A DNA stretch of 64,000 bases from Marsupella aquatica (Eukaryota; Plantae; Marchantiophyta). The first letter of the stretch is position 1. Every line of letters begins with the position of its first letter. The stretch is from contig OZ316898.1 in assembly GCA_973895155.1 (NCBI GenBank), forward strand, positions 2,852,480 to 2,916,479, written 5' to 3'. The notes below the pieces were generated by a model, which was not told the DNA's origin, did not search any database, and saw only the letters and a list, made by a program, of their open reading frames with translations. Below are positions 1-13,631 of this stretch, in pieces. The translations under genes were made by a program, and so were the position numbers.

Positions 1-1445
1 GTGTAAGTGATTGCCCAGCCGCGTCTCAAGGGACGCTCATTGGGTCGGGTCCAAATTCCATATCTCCAAAAGTCGTTTACTTAGTGGGGATGCTACAACT
101 CGATCGATTAATTTCGGGGCAGACAAGTAGAGCAGTCACGCCAGTCTCAGATCAAGGTAGTCAGATGAAAGCTTTTCGAATATTGACGGCGATCCGTTGC
201 CAAGCTGTGAGGTGAGCTGATCATCTCGAGACCTTTACTTTTACTTTGCTGCATCTTTGCTGTTTTCCTTTGTTTCTATTCGTTTGGTTGCTTTGCTTTA
301 ATTGCTATGCTTGTGGTGTGTTAGACATGAATTACATATATATCACACTGCGAGGACAAAATGTGCCAATCTGGAGAAAATGTGCTAATCGATCTGGACA
401 TGATCCCAAAGGCAGGAGACCCACTAAAGGGGGGAAAACAAAGAAAAAACCCTAAGTAACTAGAATAACAAAGAGCCACAAATCCGGAGAGTCCACCATA
501 ACAACAAATTAAAACCCCTACTGAGCAGGTATGAAACTGAACAGCCTTGTCAAGCTCAGGGTAAACCACATCGCAGGATCACTAAGATGAATCTGTCTAA
601 AAGCCCTCAAGCAAACAGCCTTGGCCCTACAAAGCATAGCAAATGAGCATTCTGTAGTACAACAGAACCCGCTGTCTACAGATAGCGCTGAATTGAAATC
701 CAAAGCTAGCAAAAGGCTCTACCCAAAAGGCACATGGAGGCACTGTAGCTCTTAATATCATTAATTACACAATTCCACATTTTGCACTTATCACTTACCT
801 TAAGTGCGCACTTCATTTGTCTTCGCAGAGCACACATTTAGAGAGTAAACGACTGTAAGAAGGCTTCTACTAAGATGACATCCTTTGGGCCAACATGACA
901 GAACTTGCCTGGCACCCGATTCTAAACTATACTGGAGGAAGGTGGATCGTGTCTATAAGAGAACAAGAACCATTTATATATATTTACTAATAAAATGGGC
1001 ACAATGGAACAGACGCCCAGAGATTGCGTATCTCCTTGGAACGTGGGCAAAAGGCTGGGTGAGATTCCAGGAGAAGCCTACGAGGTCCTCTTTCCAGCCC
1101 TCCAGAGCGCGTTTCAACAGGCTTTGGCACGTTTAACAGCAGGTTGTTGAAGAGTAACGACACATTTAGCAGCATCGATCTCGTGCTCTTGCAATCACCC
1201 TGGTGGTGAAGGGACACGATTCATATTCCTTGCATGATCGTGGAAAGAAAATGAGGAATCTCGCTAAACTAAATTAATTGACAAGGAACTACGTTGAAAA
1301 GATGCCCAAAATGATCATTAATCAAGCCCGGTAAAAACACAACTTGCCCTATATAAGGGGAAGTGTCAAGACCTCCCCCTTTTACACATTTCAATCATTG
1401 TTCTCCTCTAGCATGCCAGTTTGTTCCACAATTTCAGGAAAAGTC
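1..1445. repeat. Left arm of an old inverted duplication (partner about 2420-5018); probably extends beyond the window start
   Basis: Collinear reverse-complement matches: 1-270 with 4695-5018, 883-915 with 4315-4350, 1035-1082 with 4190-4232, 1125-1290 with 3650-3825, and 1360-1445 with 2420-2495. Confidence 0.75.
330..720 (-). mobile_element. 5'-truncated non-LTR (LINE-like) retrotransposon tail
   Basis: Shares a gatcct..atgtggttt..gagcttga..agg motif (about DPxMWFxxELDxA) and a T-rich 3' tail with copies at 1700-1985, 9050-9330 and 27305-27550. The LINE assignment is inference. Confidence 0.5.
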
Positions 1446-1699
1446 TCCTTTTAATGGTAACTATGGGTAACCCAAATTTTGAAGGGCAGTTGTGGTTTAA
1501 GGGACGTCCTGTGCAGAAGGTGCTAGCCAAACCTACTGAGCTACCAACAAGATGTCAAGTAACCATAGTTAGGAGCACTTACCCACTACAATCTGCAGTC
1601 TCAGATCGAACATGGATAAAACAACTAAGACTGGGTCATAAGTGCACTATGTCTAGCCAAGTCTATGGGAAATAGTGTTCATCCTATGCCCCATCCTAT

Positions 1700-1985
1700 G
1701 GTGTCTGTCTTAAGGAACTCTGGGAGGCAATTGGGGACCTCCAACTTAACATTATCTACTGGCCAAAGTTCACTTTTAGGTCTCTACATAAATTCCTCTT
1801 TGTGATCCTATGTGGTTTAGTGTTGAGCTTGACCAGGCAAAGAGTAGAACTTCGATCAGTTCCTTTGCCCTTGTGGGGCACTTTTGGAACTTTGGTCTTC
1901 CTAGGGGTTTTCCCTTGTTTGAATTCTCTCCTTTCCTGTGTCTCCCGGTTTGATACATTTTGTTCTTTGGCATTTTGATATATGC
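1700..1985 (+). mobile_element. LINE-like tail of the same family
   Basis: gtgatcctatgtggtttagtgttgagcttgaccagg at about 1802-1837, followed by a pyrimidine/T-rich tail. Confidence 0.5.
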
Positions 1986-3061
1986 TACGGGCTAGCTACT
2001 ACTTGTATTAGCTACTACTCTAAACGCATATTATGGCTTGATCATATGATTATAATTAAAATGCATGTTTCCATTAATCCCACACAAGCTTACTAGGAAC
2101 TCTTATAAGTAGAAAGTGGGGTAAAAAGTTTGGCTAGAGAAAGTTTGGATATAAGTAAAAAGTTTGGATTTATCTCATCCCATCTTGTAGCTCATCCCCC
2201 TTCTTGTACTGTTGGAAAACTTATTAGCTCTATATATTACCGGTTCAAGCAACTGACGGAAAAAGAGCACCCATAAATTGACTCCAGGATATTAGGGCAT
2301 CTCAAGCCACGAGCTGAGGAGCAGGCATGAGCCTTGAGATTGTCTGTTGATGGCCCCACTTAAAGAGCCACTAGCCATGACAAAAACCTGGTTTCACAGA
2401 TTTCACTATTTTTAGTACTTTTTCTTGAAATTGTGGAGCAAAGTCTCATGGTAGAGGAGAGAAATGTGAGAAAAGTGAAAAGTTTTGGACACTTCTATGG
2501 CCAGTGGTGGTTGAAGGCCAGGGAGCCCTTTTCATTCTGGGCCCAGCAGGATGCCATGAGAACTGTGCATGCCAAGGCACGCTCATCTAGTGATCACCAA
2601 TGCCTCCTGAACTTGAACACATATCAAAGATTAACAAACCATAAGACTCTAATAAGGGTGACTTTACAAGCCGCCAGCTAATTGCTTTGTTTTACCCCCG
2701 GTTTTACCCTCTCTGAGATTAAATCTGGACCGTATAATGATTGGAAATTAAAGGCCCAAAAAAACAACAACTTAGGGCCCATTCAGATATATATGGCCTC
2801 TACTGATCGTACATGGCAAGCTGTGGGACCAAGGAAATTTAAATGTCAGTGGAGTCCGTACTTTGTCTAGAAGTTTAGATGACGTCTAGAGGTGCATGGT
2901 CCAACATTTCCAAACTTGCTTTGGCTCCTAACTTACTCAAGGGGTTCCTAACTTTGCATTTAATTAAATTCATTTCACACATATTTTGCATCAATTTGGA
3001 GACTTTTGTAGAGCAAGAAGTAGCCCTCCAGTTTGATTTGGTGAAAAAAATCACAATTGTG

Positions 3062-3408
3062 TGTTGAACATAGACGACAATCGCAATGATAAGCACATGA
3101 CACATCCAACGATCAAGTAGTCGACACAGAGAGATATGTGGTTCACCTCCACATAAGGCTACATACGCAAAACACACAAGAGTTTTACAGCACTCTAGGT
3201 CAACCGGCCATATCAAGCTTCCATGGCACAAGCTCTCCCTATCTCTTCACTGTCTGGCTCCGTAACAATGAGCCTAAGTTTCACCTATCCAAGCAAACAC
3301 CGCTTGCCATATAGTGTGCATCCTAGTTAACCCAACCATGTCTCCGGCTATGGTTAGCCTAACTACAGTTACATGTTGTAACCCTAGACCTTGAGTAAAT
3401 ACCTAACA
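3062..3408 (-). mobile_element. Solo LTR of the Ty1/copia family present at 36412 and 45906
   Basis: 347 bp with TG...CA ends. Its reverse complement aligns to the LTR at 36412-36756. A perfect 5-bp TSD TTGTG lies at 3057-3061 and 3409-3413. Confidence 0.92.
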
Positions 3409-4138
3409 TTGTGCACATTCAAAAGTAAGAAGTGCCCATGATGGGTTTTAAAGCCACCCTAAAGATCCTCATGTTAATTTGTGTCACTCTTGACAGGAGA
3501 TTGTAAGATTTTGGTTTGGTGGCAATCAGGTCTTCTGGTGACTGCCCCCTTGTTGGTGATGGCTGTGCCTTATGCAGAGTACAGTTTGCTTTGGTGGAAA
3601 AGGTTCACAAGTGCACTGTCTTGTAAAGCCATCCTAAGTCATCTAGTAAGTGCATGTCATTTGATTAGTTTGGGGAGATTCAGCATTTTTTGTTTTCCAC
3701 AATCATGCAATGAATATAATATCATGATTATCCTTTCACCACCAAGATGATTCCAAGAGCACGAGATTGATGTTGCTTAATGAGTTGGTACTCCTGAAGG
3801 TTCAACAACCTGCTGTTAAACGCGCAAACCCAGCACAAAATTACACCCCTGCTAAAACATATATTATTTTGAGTGCTGGAAAAAATTGATCTTGTAATTT
3901 ATGTATGGAATGGAGGTTACCAGCGTGTGATCATTTTCAAAGGTATCCGATAAGGTATCTCCTATTCACACAATCTCTTGCTTGGAAGTGATCTTTTTCT
4001 GTACACTAGTTAGGTACTAGAATGAAGGTCTATGCAGAAGTTTTCTAGCATGAACCTTGCTCCCAGAAATTTCAGAAAAGCTAGCTTCCATACTTTAGCA
4101 TCATTTTCTGGCCATAGAGTTACAGGCTAGTAACCCAT

Positions 4139-4212
4139 ATATTATCCTATAGGTAGGCTTCTCATGGAATCTCACATATTATCCTATAGGTAGGCTTCTC
4201 ATGGAATCTCAC
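4139..4212. repeat. Perfect 37-bp tandem duplication
   Basis: atattatcctataggtaggcttctcatggaatctcac occurs twice. Confidence 0.9.
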
Positions 4213-7200
4213 CCTTGCCCCCATGTTCGAGTGCTCTAAATACAAGTAAATATGGCCGGGTCTTTAGTCTAATAGCCCAACCCTATACATAGAGTTCCTT
4301 TCTCTGATATAAAAATGTGGGCCCAGGCAAGTTTGGTCCTGTTGGGCCAAAACCTGCCGCCAAGGTAATTGAAAAAGCCTGTTATCTTCTTTGTTTCCTA
4401 ATATTTGAATACTTTCTCTCTTTGTTCTCCTTTATTACTTATTTTTTAAATTTTTTTTAGTGTTCTCATTTTTAAATGTATTTTATTGTTCCCCTCTATC
4501 CTGAGTTCCTAGAATCTTGGGGCCATAGATTGCATCTTATTAAGTAGTGACATCATTCACACACGTCAAGCCGAATGAGGATACAACTCACTGGCTTCCA
4601 ATTACTGGCTTCCAGGTGTGAATCACCATCAGGACAGACAAATCAGTAGTAACAGGGCTACAGATTTTTCTTCCTTCGAACTTCCATTTCATGATTACAG
4701 GAAAAGCAAAGACGCAGCAAAGTAGAAATTAAGGTATGGAGATGATCCGCTCTCTCACAGTCTCACTGCTTGCCAGCGAATCGCTCTGAATATTTGCAAC
4801 AGCTTTGATAAGTTAGGAACTAAAGGGCAAAAGGGACATCAGTCAACCGACGACTTGAGACTGGCGCGATTGCTGTACTAACTGTACTTGTCTGCCCCGA
4901 AATCAATCGGTGTGGATGTAGCCTCCCCAGTGAACGACTTTTGAGATTTGGAGGATTCAGATCCAACCATATGAGCGTCCCTTGAGTCCATCACCGCGGC
5001 CTGGTCAATCACTTACACCATGCTCAGTTGCCATCACAAGCATTAGTAGTTACTGTAGAAGATTTGGGGATCGTTTTTTTATCCGACCCGATCAGCGTCC
5101 CTTAAGTCCCCCTAGCCTCCTACGGGAAACGCCGCCTGGACAATCTCTAGCGTGTGACGATACGAGATTGCTTTTCTCATCTGACCCAATGAGCCTCGCT
5201 CCAGACTAGCTCCCTTCAGTCCCTTGCCTCCTACTGTAGACGCGGCCTATGCAATCACTTTCAGGATGCTCGTCACCGTCAATAGTACCCTACTTTAGAC
5301 TAGTGATCACCACCATGGTTTTGGCCTTTCGGGTAAGAGAGTAAGGCCAAAACTACTAAATAATGAATAAAGAGAATCAGATCCGTCGACGACCACCACC
5401 ACTCATGCCGCTCCATGCGCAATTGCCCACACCAGTTCCTATTCACCCAGGTCGCCGCTGTTTCAGTTGGCTTCACCTTCTGCCGTACCGGGAAGTCCAA
5501 TCAAGTACAGCAGGGAAGACTAGAGTAGTCATCAGGAGTCAACAACGGGATCATTCTGGAGGCTGCTCCTTTCGAATGAAGGTCTGTCTTGCGTTACTCA
5601 ACAATTTTCTGATGATGCTTTGTCTGGGGGTGATCAATCATCAGTACTTTGTTTCAGCAAAAAAACGAACAAATCATCATCGTTTTGTGTTAGCGGAAAT
5701 CACAAAGAGATACTACCCACACTTGCGGTGCCCTTAAATCACAGCTGTAGCTGTTGCCTGGCCTAAAACTTACCCTGTAAGCTCTTCAATTCACTTACCC
5801 TCTTACCCTACAAATGTTCAGTGGTGATTTCTTAGATATGACTGTGAACTTTGAGGTGTGGTTTGTCGGTACATTTTGAACAGTTTTAAGCTGTTTCTTT
5901 TGGTATATATATATTTTGAGTCCCTTCAGGTTTTGTTTGTCTATTTGAATAAATGTGGTGCAGTTGCCTTGTCTTCAGCTGTGGGGAAGGGCTCTTGGGT
6001 TTGCCAGTTGGCTATTGCTGAATTGGTCCCTTCAGGTTGTGTTTGTCTATTTATTAGATAAATGGTCAAACACTACGTACGACCCACGCACTAACTCTTG
6101 ATTTAGTGGGGGAGGCCAATTGCTGAGAGTCACCGACCGTCAAACTCCAAAATGCTCTCCAAGTGAAGAATCCCCGATACCGATGTACGTAGTATGATGA
6201 TGAGCTGATGATTGAGTGTGAAGCTTCGAGTGGCATCAACAGAATTCGGAGATTAGGATGAACATCGATCCAGGTTCCTAACGCAAAGCAATGCGTTATC
6301 GAGTGGGGAGGCTGAGGTGTGGACTGTGGAGTTCTAATCCCTGCAGACACCATCCCTTCTACACAAACCCCTCCCAAAAGTGAGGTTCCAACGAAACTAG
6401 TTACATGAACAAAAAATTGGGAATTTTCTGGGCAACGGATGGCCAGGCGAGTCAGGCAGCCATCAATGGCTAGAATCCCTGAATTGAAACAAGAACCCAT
6501 ACGGAGGGGTTGGGTCAAACCTCAAGCTCTGCATCCAGAGTGTAAGGCAATTTGAAATTTGCAAAAACATTTGATGCCAAAACAAATAAAAAGGGGTTTG
6601 CTATTGATTTCAAATTGGCTGGAAATACCAAACCCAGACCGGCCTTCATAAGCCTAACTAAAACTTACGTGTTTGCTTAAATTAAACAATTCAACCACAG
6701 TACAGGTCACGTGGGTTTCCCATAGAGATTTTATTATATATGGATGAAATAGAAGAGAATCAACATAGTGTCATGATTGCAGAGACAGCCCACATGCTAG
6801 ATGCTCATAGCTTGTATGGGGAGTTTGTGAGCAACGCGTTTTTTATTGGCGAAAACTCGCTAGATTCTTCCTCTGTGACAAGTCTTCGTCCATCACCTAG
6901 CCAGACCCCATTAGCCAGCATCTAAGGAGGCATACTTAATTCTTGGGAGATCTGAAAGTCAGAAACTAATCTGGGAAATTAGACAACTTAGAATATTCCC
7001 AGCATCTTCTTCTTCACACAAGCTGACATTGCCACCTTTGGCAAAATAGAGAACACCTTTAAAATTACGTTGGTAGTATGGCACTTGTGACTTTTTTTCA
7101 CCAAAGCAAAGTGGAGGGAACTTCTTGTTCTAAGGATAGACTCCAATTAAACCAGAAATATATTGAAATCAATCATCAATCAAGTCCTATAATAAGTAAT

Positions 7201-9049
7201 ACCCCCCAAACAAGTAAGTTGTCATCTGCTTACAAACTTGAACAAACTTGAATGGTGCCAATAAAATCCAGTCTTCAAATACATTCTAGACTTTTTTTTG
7301 TCACTTTGGATATTGTGCATTGGGGTGCTCAAGGAGTACCTATTTTCTTGGGAGGGGACTTACGAACAATAGGTTACTAGGGGATGCGGTAGAGTGCAAA
7401 TTATACCATACAATAATAATCAACACATTAAATGTGATGGTAAATATGATACACCTATACAGAAAGGTGGGAGGGTGTGTGCAAGGGTTTGACTTGGCCC
7501 CATGAATGTCAGGAACCCAAAACAAAAACAGCACCAACCATCCCTCCAACACTGAAAAAAAACAAGAAAAAAGTGAGTAAAAATAAAATACAAAAACAAG
7601 CTTACACAAATCAAAACACATATTTTCTCCCCATCATGATCCTCCCTAGCATGGTATATATGTGTGTCACTCTCCTGTATCATACCTAAGGTGAGGTGGA
7701 CATTTTTCTTCCATCTGTGAGAGCAGGCAAATTGTTGGGACAAGGTGATTCAGATTTTTGCCTTCCCCATAAAATTAGTTTTCCTTGCAATCTATTGGCA
7801 TCAGAAACCTTTTTACCCACAATATTGTGTCTACCAAAAACATCCACATTGACAGTACCTTAATTGCACCCCATTTAGGTGATTGTTTTCTTTCAGTGGG
7901 AGGGGTTGAGTGGGATGGACAGAAGGACTGTGGGAAAGGAAACGTAACAAGGGTGGCCCACAGTACCTCTGCCTCTTTGCCTGCACTCTGTGCCCATTTG
8001 CCTTCCCTTGCGCCTTGCCCTTGCCCATTGCCTTTCTCACATAGGGTGGGGGAGGAGAGAAGGGGGAGGGAAAGGAGGAAAAGAAGTTTTGCATGACCCT
8101 ACTTGGAACCCGCATTTGCCGTCCCCCATGTCGCACAGATCTCTTCACCTCCATGACACTTCTTTTCATCAAATCACTTCCCCCATGACATCTTTTGCAC
8201 AATGGCATCTTTTACGCAACATCTATTCTGCAACATCATTTGGGCAATGATGTCTTTCACATGTACCTTTTTATGCAATGACAACTTTCAAGCTACAACT
8301 TCATTTCAAGAAAGACATTCTGTACGCACGGGTATTGAGCTAGTTTGCTATATAAATGCAAATCCCTTGAATAAAGGAGCCAAGGTTTTTGTAAATGTTA
8401 ATTTGGACCACATCTGGAGATGCTCTTTAATTCTAGACAAACTCAACATTCCACATTACCATTTGCTTGGGGCTGCTGCTTGCCATAACTAGACACCAGT
8501 TCTTGTAGAGCCAACTGCAGTCGTTTCCCCCTCATTATGGGGTCTAGTTTTAATCTGAGAGGGAATCAAACAAGCAATGGCCCTCTAGTCTTGTAAGCTA
8601 CCCTCGTGGCTACCCTTGCATCCAAAACTGTTTTTGCATTACTGAAAATTAAACACTTTTCTTGAGGCCAAGAATCTGTGGCTACAATCTAAATGTTTGT
8701 CAAGGAGGTCACGTGTTTAGAATGGGATTTTAACGTTTGCGCCAAAGTCTCCTAGTTCATTACAGTGAAAACAATTATATGTATTCCACTGCAGGTCAAA
8801 TTTGATGGATAGATGCTCCCATTTCTTAGTTACTATAAAATCATGTTGAAAGCACAACAGGTCATCATTAGGATTTGGAGCAGATTGAAGATGTGCCTTA
8901 GTCTCGTCTGGTCACATTATTTAGTTAGGATTAAAATAGGTGAAATGCAAAATGGAAAGCTTTCCCCAGCATGTACTATTATCCACTATGTGAGTAACAC
9001 TCAACTATGGGCAATATATATTACACTGCCAGAAAGAAAAAGGTCAGTC

Positions 9050-9330
9050 TGAGACAGAGAGTCCCAAAGGCAAAATACCCAATACAGGGGAGCAAACAAG
9101 GGGACAACCCCGGGAGACCAGAGAAACAGAAAGCGGGCAAAGTCTTCCACTATAGCCAAGGAAACGGAGCCCTACCATAGAGTGAACTGAGAAGTCTGGT
9201 AAGGCTCTGGAGTAAAAACACATAATAGGATCACAAAGATGACTTTGTCTATAGTCCCTGAAACCAACAACCTCTAGTGTCTAGGGACTACTACAATAGG
9301 GGCAATCAGGTCACCAAGTAGATAATTATT
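9050..9330 (-). mobile_element. LINE-like tail of the same family
   Basis: 9210-9272 (gagtaaaaacacataataggatcacaaagatgactttgtctatag) is homologous to about 558-620. Confidence 0.45.
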
Positions 9331-9780
9331 GAAATTTCAGTCCTTACGTAGTGTCTGTGGAACTCGGCAAAACAATCACAGTGCATATTCTACTAATATT
9401 CTAAGCATTATTAGTTTATCCATTGTTCTGAAGGGTAAAACATAAAATCCAGTCAAATCATTTCTGGCATTGAGCTACAATTTGAAAGGTATAAATCTCG
9501 CGTTTTGGTGCAGGGCCTGTTGTCCCCCTACAGTAAACTTTGACTCGAGACCCTGGGTCCCTGATTTAGCAAGCCCATCGTCCTGCTGTAGCAATTTTGC
9601 TCAGAACCCTTCGGGAACACTCTATTCACCATCTATTTATGAATAACACTTGGGCATTAAGCAAGTAACCAGTAGATTAATCACACCCACAACAAATCAA
9701 TGGGCCTGGGTCTGGGAAATTCCGCAAGGGTGCCTTCTCCAATCATTTCTAAAATTACTTGTGCATCATACAAAACGCAT

Positions 9781-9811
9781 GAGAGAGAGAGAAAGAAAGA
9801 GAAAGAGAGAG
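9781..9811. repeat. (GA)n/GAAA microsatellite
   Basis: gagagagagagaaagaaagagaaagagagag. Confidence 0.85.
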
Positions 9812-10782
9812 CTGCAAACGCGAATTTCAGTGAATCTGCTTCAAGATTTCCTCTTCATTGGGGAACTTCTGTCTCGTTTGTGCCTTGGGCATTTTTGTGT
9901 CCAATGGTGAATTCTCGCATACCATCAACTTGTTGAATCAAATGACACCAAAACATGTTGCTGATGTTGATCCCCAAACTTCGTCCTGCTACAGATTGCG
10001 GCACAGAGACAGCTCGGGCCAGGAACTACTCAACTGAGAGTGCTCCAGAGGCCTTGCTGTGCACTGTGCGCACAAAATACCCTGACAATCCCCATTTTTC
10101 CCGCTTGTTCAATTTAGAATGCATGCTATCGTCAGGCAGAACAATTTAACGTGTTTACATCGGGCTTACAAACACTGGAATGTAGGCTTCCCGGAGTCCT
10201 GTCTCGTCCTTGCCTCTTAATATGCAAAGCCGTAGGAAATTTACAGACAATGGTTGTCTACTTCAGTGTGGAGATCCCAAACTTGGTCAGGAGACTAACT
10301 CATCCAATGCCGCAGGGACAGTGAGAGCTAGGGCTACAGTCTTGAGTCCGTATTTTCCCTCACCGAGTAATGCTGACCAAGGGCATATTGCCAGCTTTCA
10401 GTTCACAGTAAAGTACTCCCTTCACAATTCTGCAATTTCCAGCTCCGAACAGCCCTACTCGAACTACCTTAGCAGCAGTGTTGCTCGACTTGGTGATCCC
10501 AAAGTCACGTCACAAACTACCCATGACAAGAGTTGCCCACCACACTGCCTGACATTTAAGGGTCACGTATTGGTGACTGAACATTCTCAAACTATATTCA
10601 GTGAACAACCTTGACGCCCGGAAGGCTTCTCAAAGAATTGAAGATCAGATCAAGCAAAGAATGACCTGAATACCTACGCTGCCACTGTCGGCGCCAATTT
10701 GAATCGTACGATGAGGCAAAGGGGATGACTGAGGGGTTTAAAATGTGACAGGAAAGCATCGGTCGCATCCCAGGATCGTAAA

Positions 10783-13302
10783 TTATACTGTTCGCCGGGC
10801 AAAAGTAAGATAACCCGTATGCCCTTTGGTTTCTGCTTCCGGGCATGCAACGACTGAAGACCTGTGTGCCAAAGACTCTTCTCCTCTACTTCTCACTTTC
10901 TTTAGAGGGCCCTTAACAAAACTTTCTTTTACAATCAGCACAGAATCAGATGTTTTCTTCAAGTCAGATGATAGGTTTCCGCTTTCAGAGCAATCTACTG
11001 AGAGGGTTGTGCTAGTTTTGATAGAGGTCTTTTCAGTCTTAACGTCTGTGCCCCTAACTTCACCTGGACACATGCGTTTATGGGGTGGTGAATTGAATGG
11101 GCTACTCGGCGCACCTCCACTACCAAAACTTGTCCCGAAGAATTCCTCGTGTACTTCATATGTTCGTAGAAGCACTTCAAAAGTCCTTAGGTCTGTCCAA
11201 GCACACAACAATGAGGAGATAAGCTTGTAGTGAATAGTGAGGAAAACAGAAGAAAATCTACTTCGGAATAATTCACCGAGTCAATGAAAAGTTTGGTGAC
11301 GCAATCATAACAAAAAACTTCGATATGAATGGTAAGAGTCCAAAATAAAAGTCCAACTGAAGGTAGGATTAGTAAAGCTACCCGGGTCAAGCCAAACAAA
11401 AAGAGAGGGCTGCATGGGACAGGTTAGAAACGACAATACCTCTAAATTCAGTTCGAGTGAGAGCTTCACAAGTTTTCTGGACCTGCTCTATACAAGGAGA
11501 GAAGGAGCATAATGGAGCATCTCCTCTCAAGAGCTTGACAGCTGAAGGAATAGCAGTCCATGGTTGTGGCAGATCAAGGAATATTGCATCAACTTCCCCC
11601 GAAAACTGCAGGGGAAAGCCTTCCCCTTGAATATCCCGCACACCAACTGTGACCAAGCTACTTAACCCGTTTCTTTCAAAGTCTTTCCTGTCCAGAAATC
11701 AGTAAATAAGTCAACTACGAAGATTGATCACACAATTTCTCATAGCCCTGATCAGTCATTTTCAGGAAACTTTAGTCTTTCCTAAGCATGACCTCAATTC
11801 TGGCCCTGAACACCCGTTCTCGGAACGATACTGGCTTTATGTTTTAGATACCACAGGAAAGGGTCATCAAACGTAGAGCCCAACAACACGCAATTCAACA
11901 AACTGCATTTCATACATTCATCCAGAAGATCAGTCGCCTACGAACCGGAAAGTGTCGATATATCTCAGGCGACGCGATACCGTAAGTAAATGAAACACTT
12001 GTATTTGAAGACTAGGATTTGCAACGAAGGATCCCACCGGGCTGATCAGTCGGAACAAATGTAAATAAAAGTTAAAAGGTCCACAGGTGCAAGCCAAAGG
12101 CGAGATCTACAGGTTGAATATACGAGCTTGGGAAAGTCTTCATAATAATTTAAACTTAGCTTTAAGTCAACACCACCTTCAAAAACAGCAAGTGTAAACA
12201 TTGGGCTACACTAAGGGTGAGATCAGAAGGACTTACATTGCGAAAGAAAATATATCCGCAGTTGGAGAGCACTTACATACGGAATTTGGCTACACCTATC
12301 GGAATCCCCCTCCTTGGGGGCTAGCTACCAGGGCTGCCCGCAGAAAATCCAATCTCTAATTGAGAGGAAGTGCACTAGGGGCAAGGAAATGCCAAAAAAC
12401 TAGAAAAGGGGGGGATAAAGCTGTTGCCTGGGAGACAGATTATCATCGTTAAACCAAGAATTATTTACTCACTTTCCTGCATGACAGTAGCCACAAACTT
12501 GCCAAGGAAAAAACCGGCGACCTGCCTAATTCCCTCCGCAAAATTTGTGACTACTATCACGCAGACGAGATCGCCAGATAGGCCTTGCTCCAATGTTGTA
12601 GAACTCCCAAAGAGTGACCCAAAGAGCTGAGAAGTGAATGCGTAGAGGGGAGACTGCATGAACGAGTGAAATGAGAAAATAGAGAGACTAAGGTGAGGAA
12701 CCGAGTGGGCCACAGCGACGAGAATGTGGTTGGGACACTGGGATGGCGAAATGAATGTGACAGTGAAGCAATATTGAGTGAGCCAGAGAGATTCCAGGTA
12801 CATAGTACACAAGGACCCAGCTTGGGAGAGGTCATGAGAGAGGGGGAGCTCACCGAGCAGCTTCTACCCGTTGCTCGTGGAAATCGAAGGAGTAGATGTG
12901 GCCAGAGGGAGCAGCAGCCCTCGCTAGAGCAGTCGTAAGAGAGCCACTCCCCGTGCCGGACTCCAGAACGACACTGCCGGGCCGGACCTCCAAGTAGGCC
13001 AACACAAAGCTGATGTCGGCAATATACAGAATTTGCGTCCGGTGGGTCAGCACCAGCGTCCAGAGCTGAGGAGTGGGGGCCAGCAAGTGCACGAATCCAC
13101 CCTTCTTACTTGCCACTTTGCAGCCGAAAGGCCTCCCAATCCAGTCATCGTGCATGAACAGGCCGTAGCGGTTCTGGAACTCGCCACTCTTCACCACCAT
13201 CACGGACTTCATGCACTTGTGGCTCTCGTACACGATCACGAGGTCCCCGTCCTTTATCAGCCTGTTGCCGGGACCTCTCTCAGCCACCGCCATCGGCAGC
13301 AT
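10783..13302 (-). CDS. TRM61: tRNA (adenine(58)-N1)-methyltransferase catalytic subunit (GCD14/TRM61 family), 368 aa; exons 13302-12854, 11687-11440, 11192-10783
   Basis: Motifs HRTQILY, VLESGTGSGSL (SAM binding), FLDLPQPW, SFSPCIEQV and C-terminal GHTGYLTFA. GT-AG introns join the exons in frame (1107 nt including stop). Confidence 0.95.
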
Positions 13303-13582
13303 TGCTCTGCACCTTCTCAAATCGCATCACCTGGTGTCTTCAGAATCACTTCCTTGTCTCTAAACCGTCCTCCGAATCAGACGAGATTGCTCTCGTCTTC
13401 ATTTATATGCTTAACATCACCCAGCCTCCGTCGTCACCTCACCTGCCTCTCAATCCCATCGCTGATCATCCTCAATTTCCTACCCGTTCTTTCTTCTCCT
13501 CTCCTCACAATCTCTTTCTACGAGAGATCTGCCACAGCCTCCCTTCTCTTTCTCCCCATCTTGAAACATGGCAGTGAGTAGA

Positions 13583-13631
13583 AAACCCTATCCTAGCTTC
13601 GCTTCTCCCTTTTCTCATGGGTTTTGGCCCA
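13583..13631. promoter_or_regulatory. Telo-box (AAACCCTA, 13583-13590) and site II motif (GGCCCA, 13626-13631) upstream of TRM61
   Basis: This motif pair is typical of plant translation-machinery gene promoters and lies about 280-330 bp upstream of the ATG. The motifs are short and could be chance. Confidence 0.4.

Larger units (their letters stand above)
2420..5018. repeat. Right arm of the inverted duplication, interrupted by a solo LTR and other insertions
   Basis: Reverse-complement blocks matching 1-1445 in collinear order. Confidence 0.75.

Noticed and set aside
6066-6560. 150-aa ORF and a purine tract (tagtgggggagg) resembling a PPT followed by a possible LTR
   Set aside because: No second LTR, PBS or recognisable retroelement domain in the window.
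8150-8320. Degenerate 15-17-bp gacatcttttgca-type repeats
   Set aside because: Probably subterminal repeats of a decayed transposon; element ends could not be defined.
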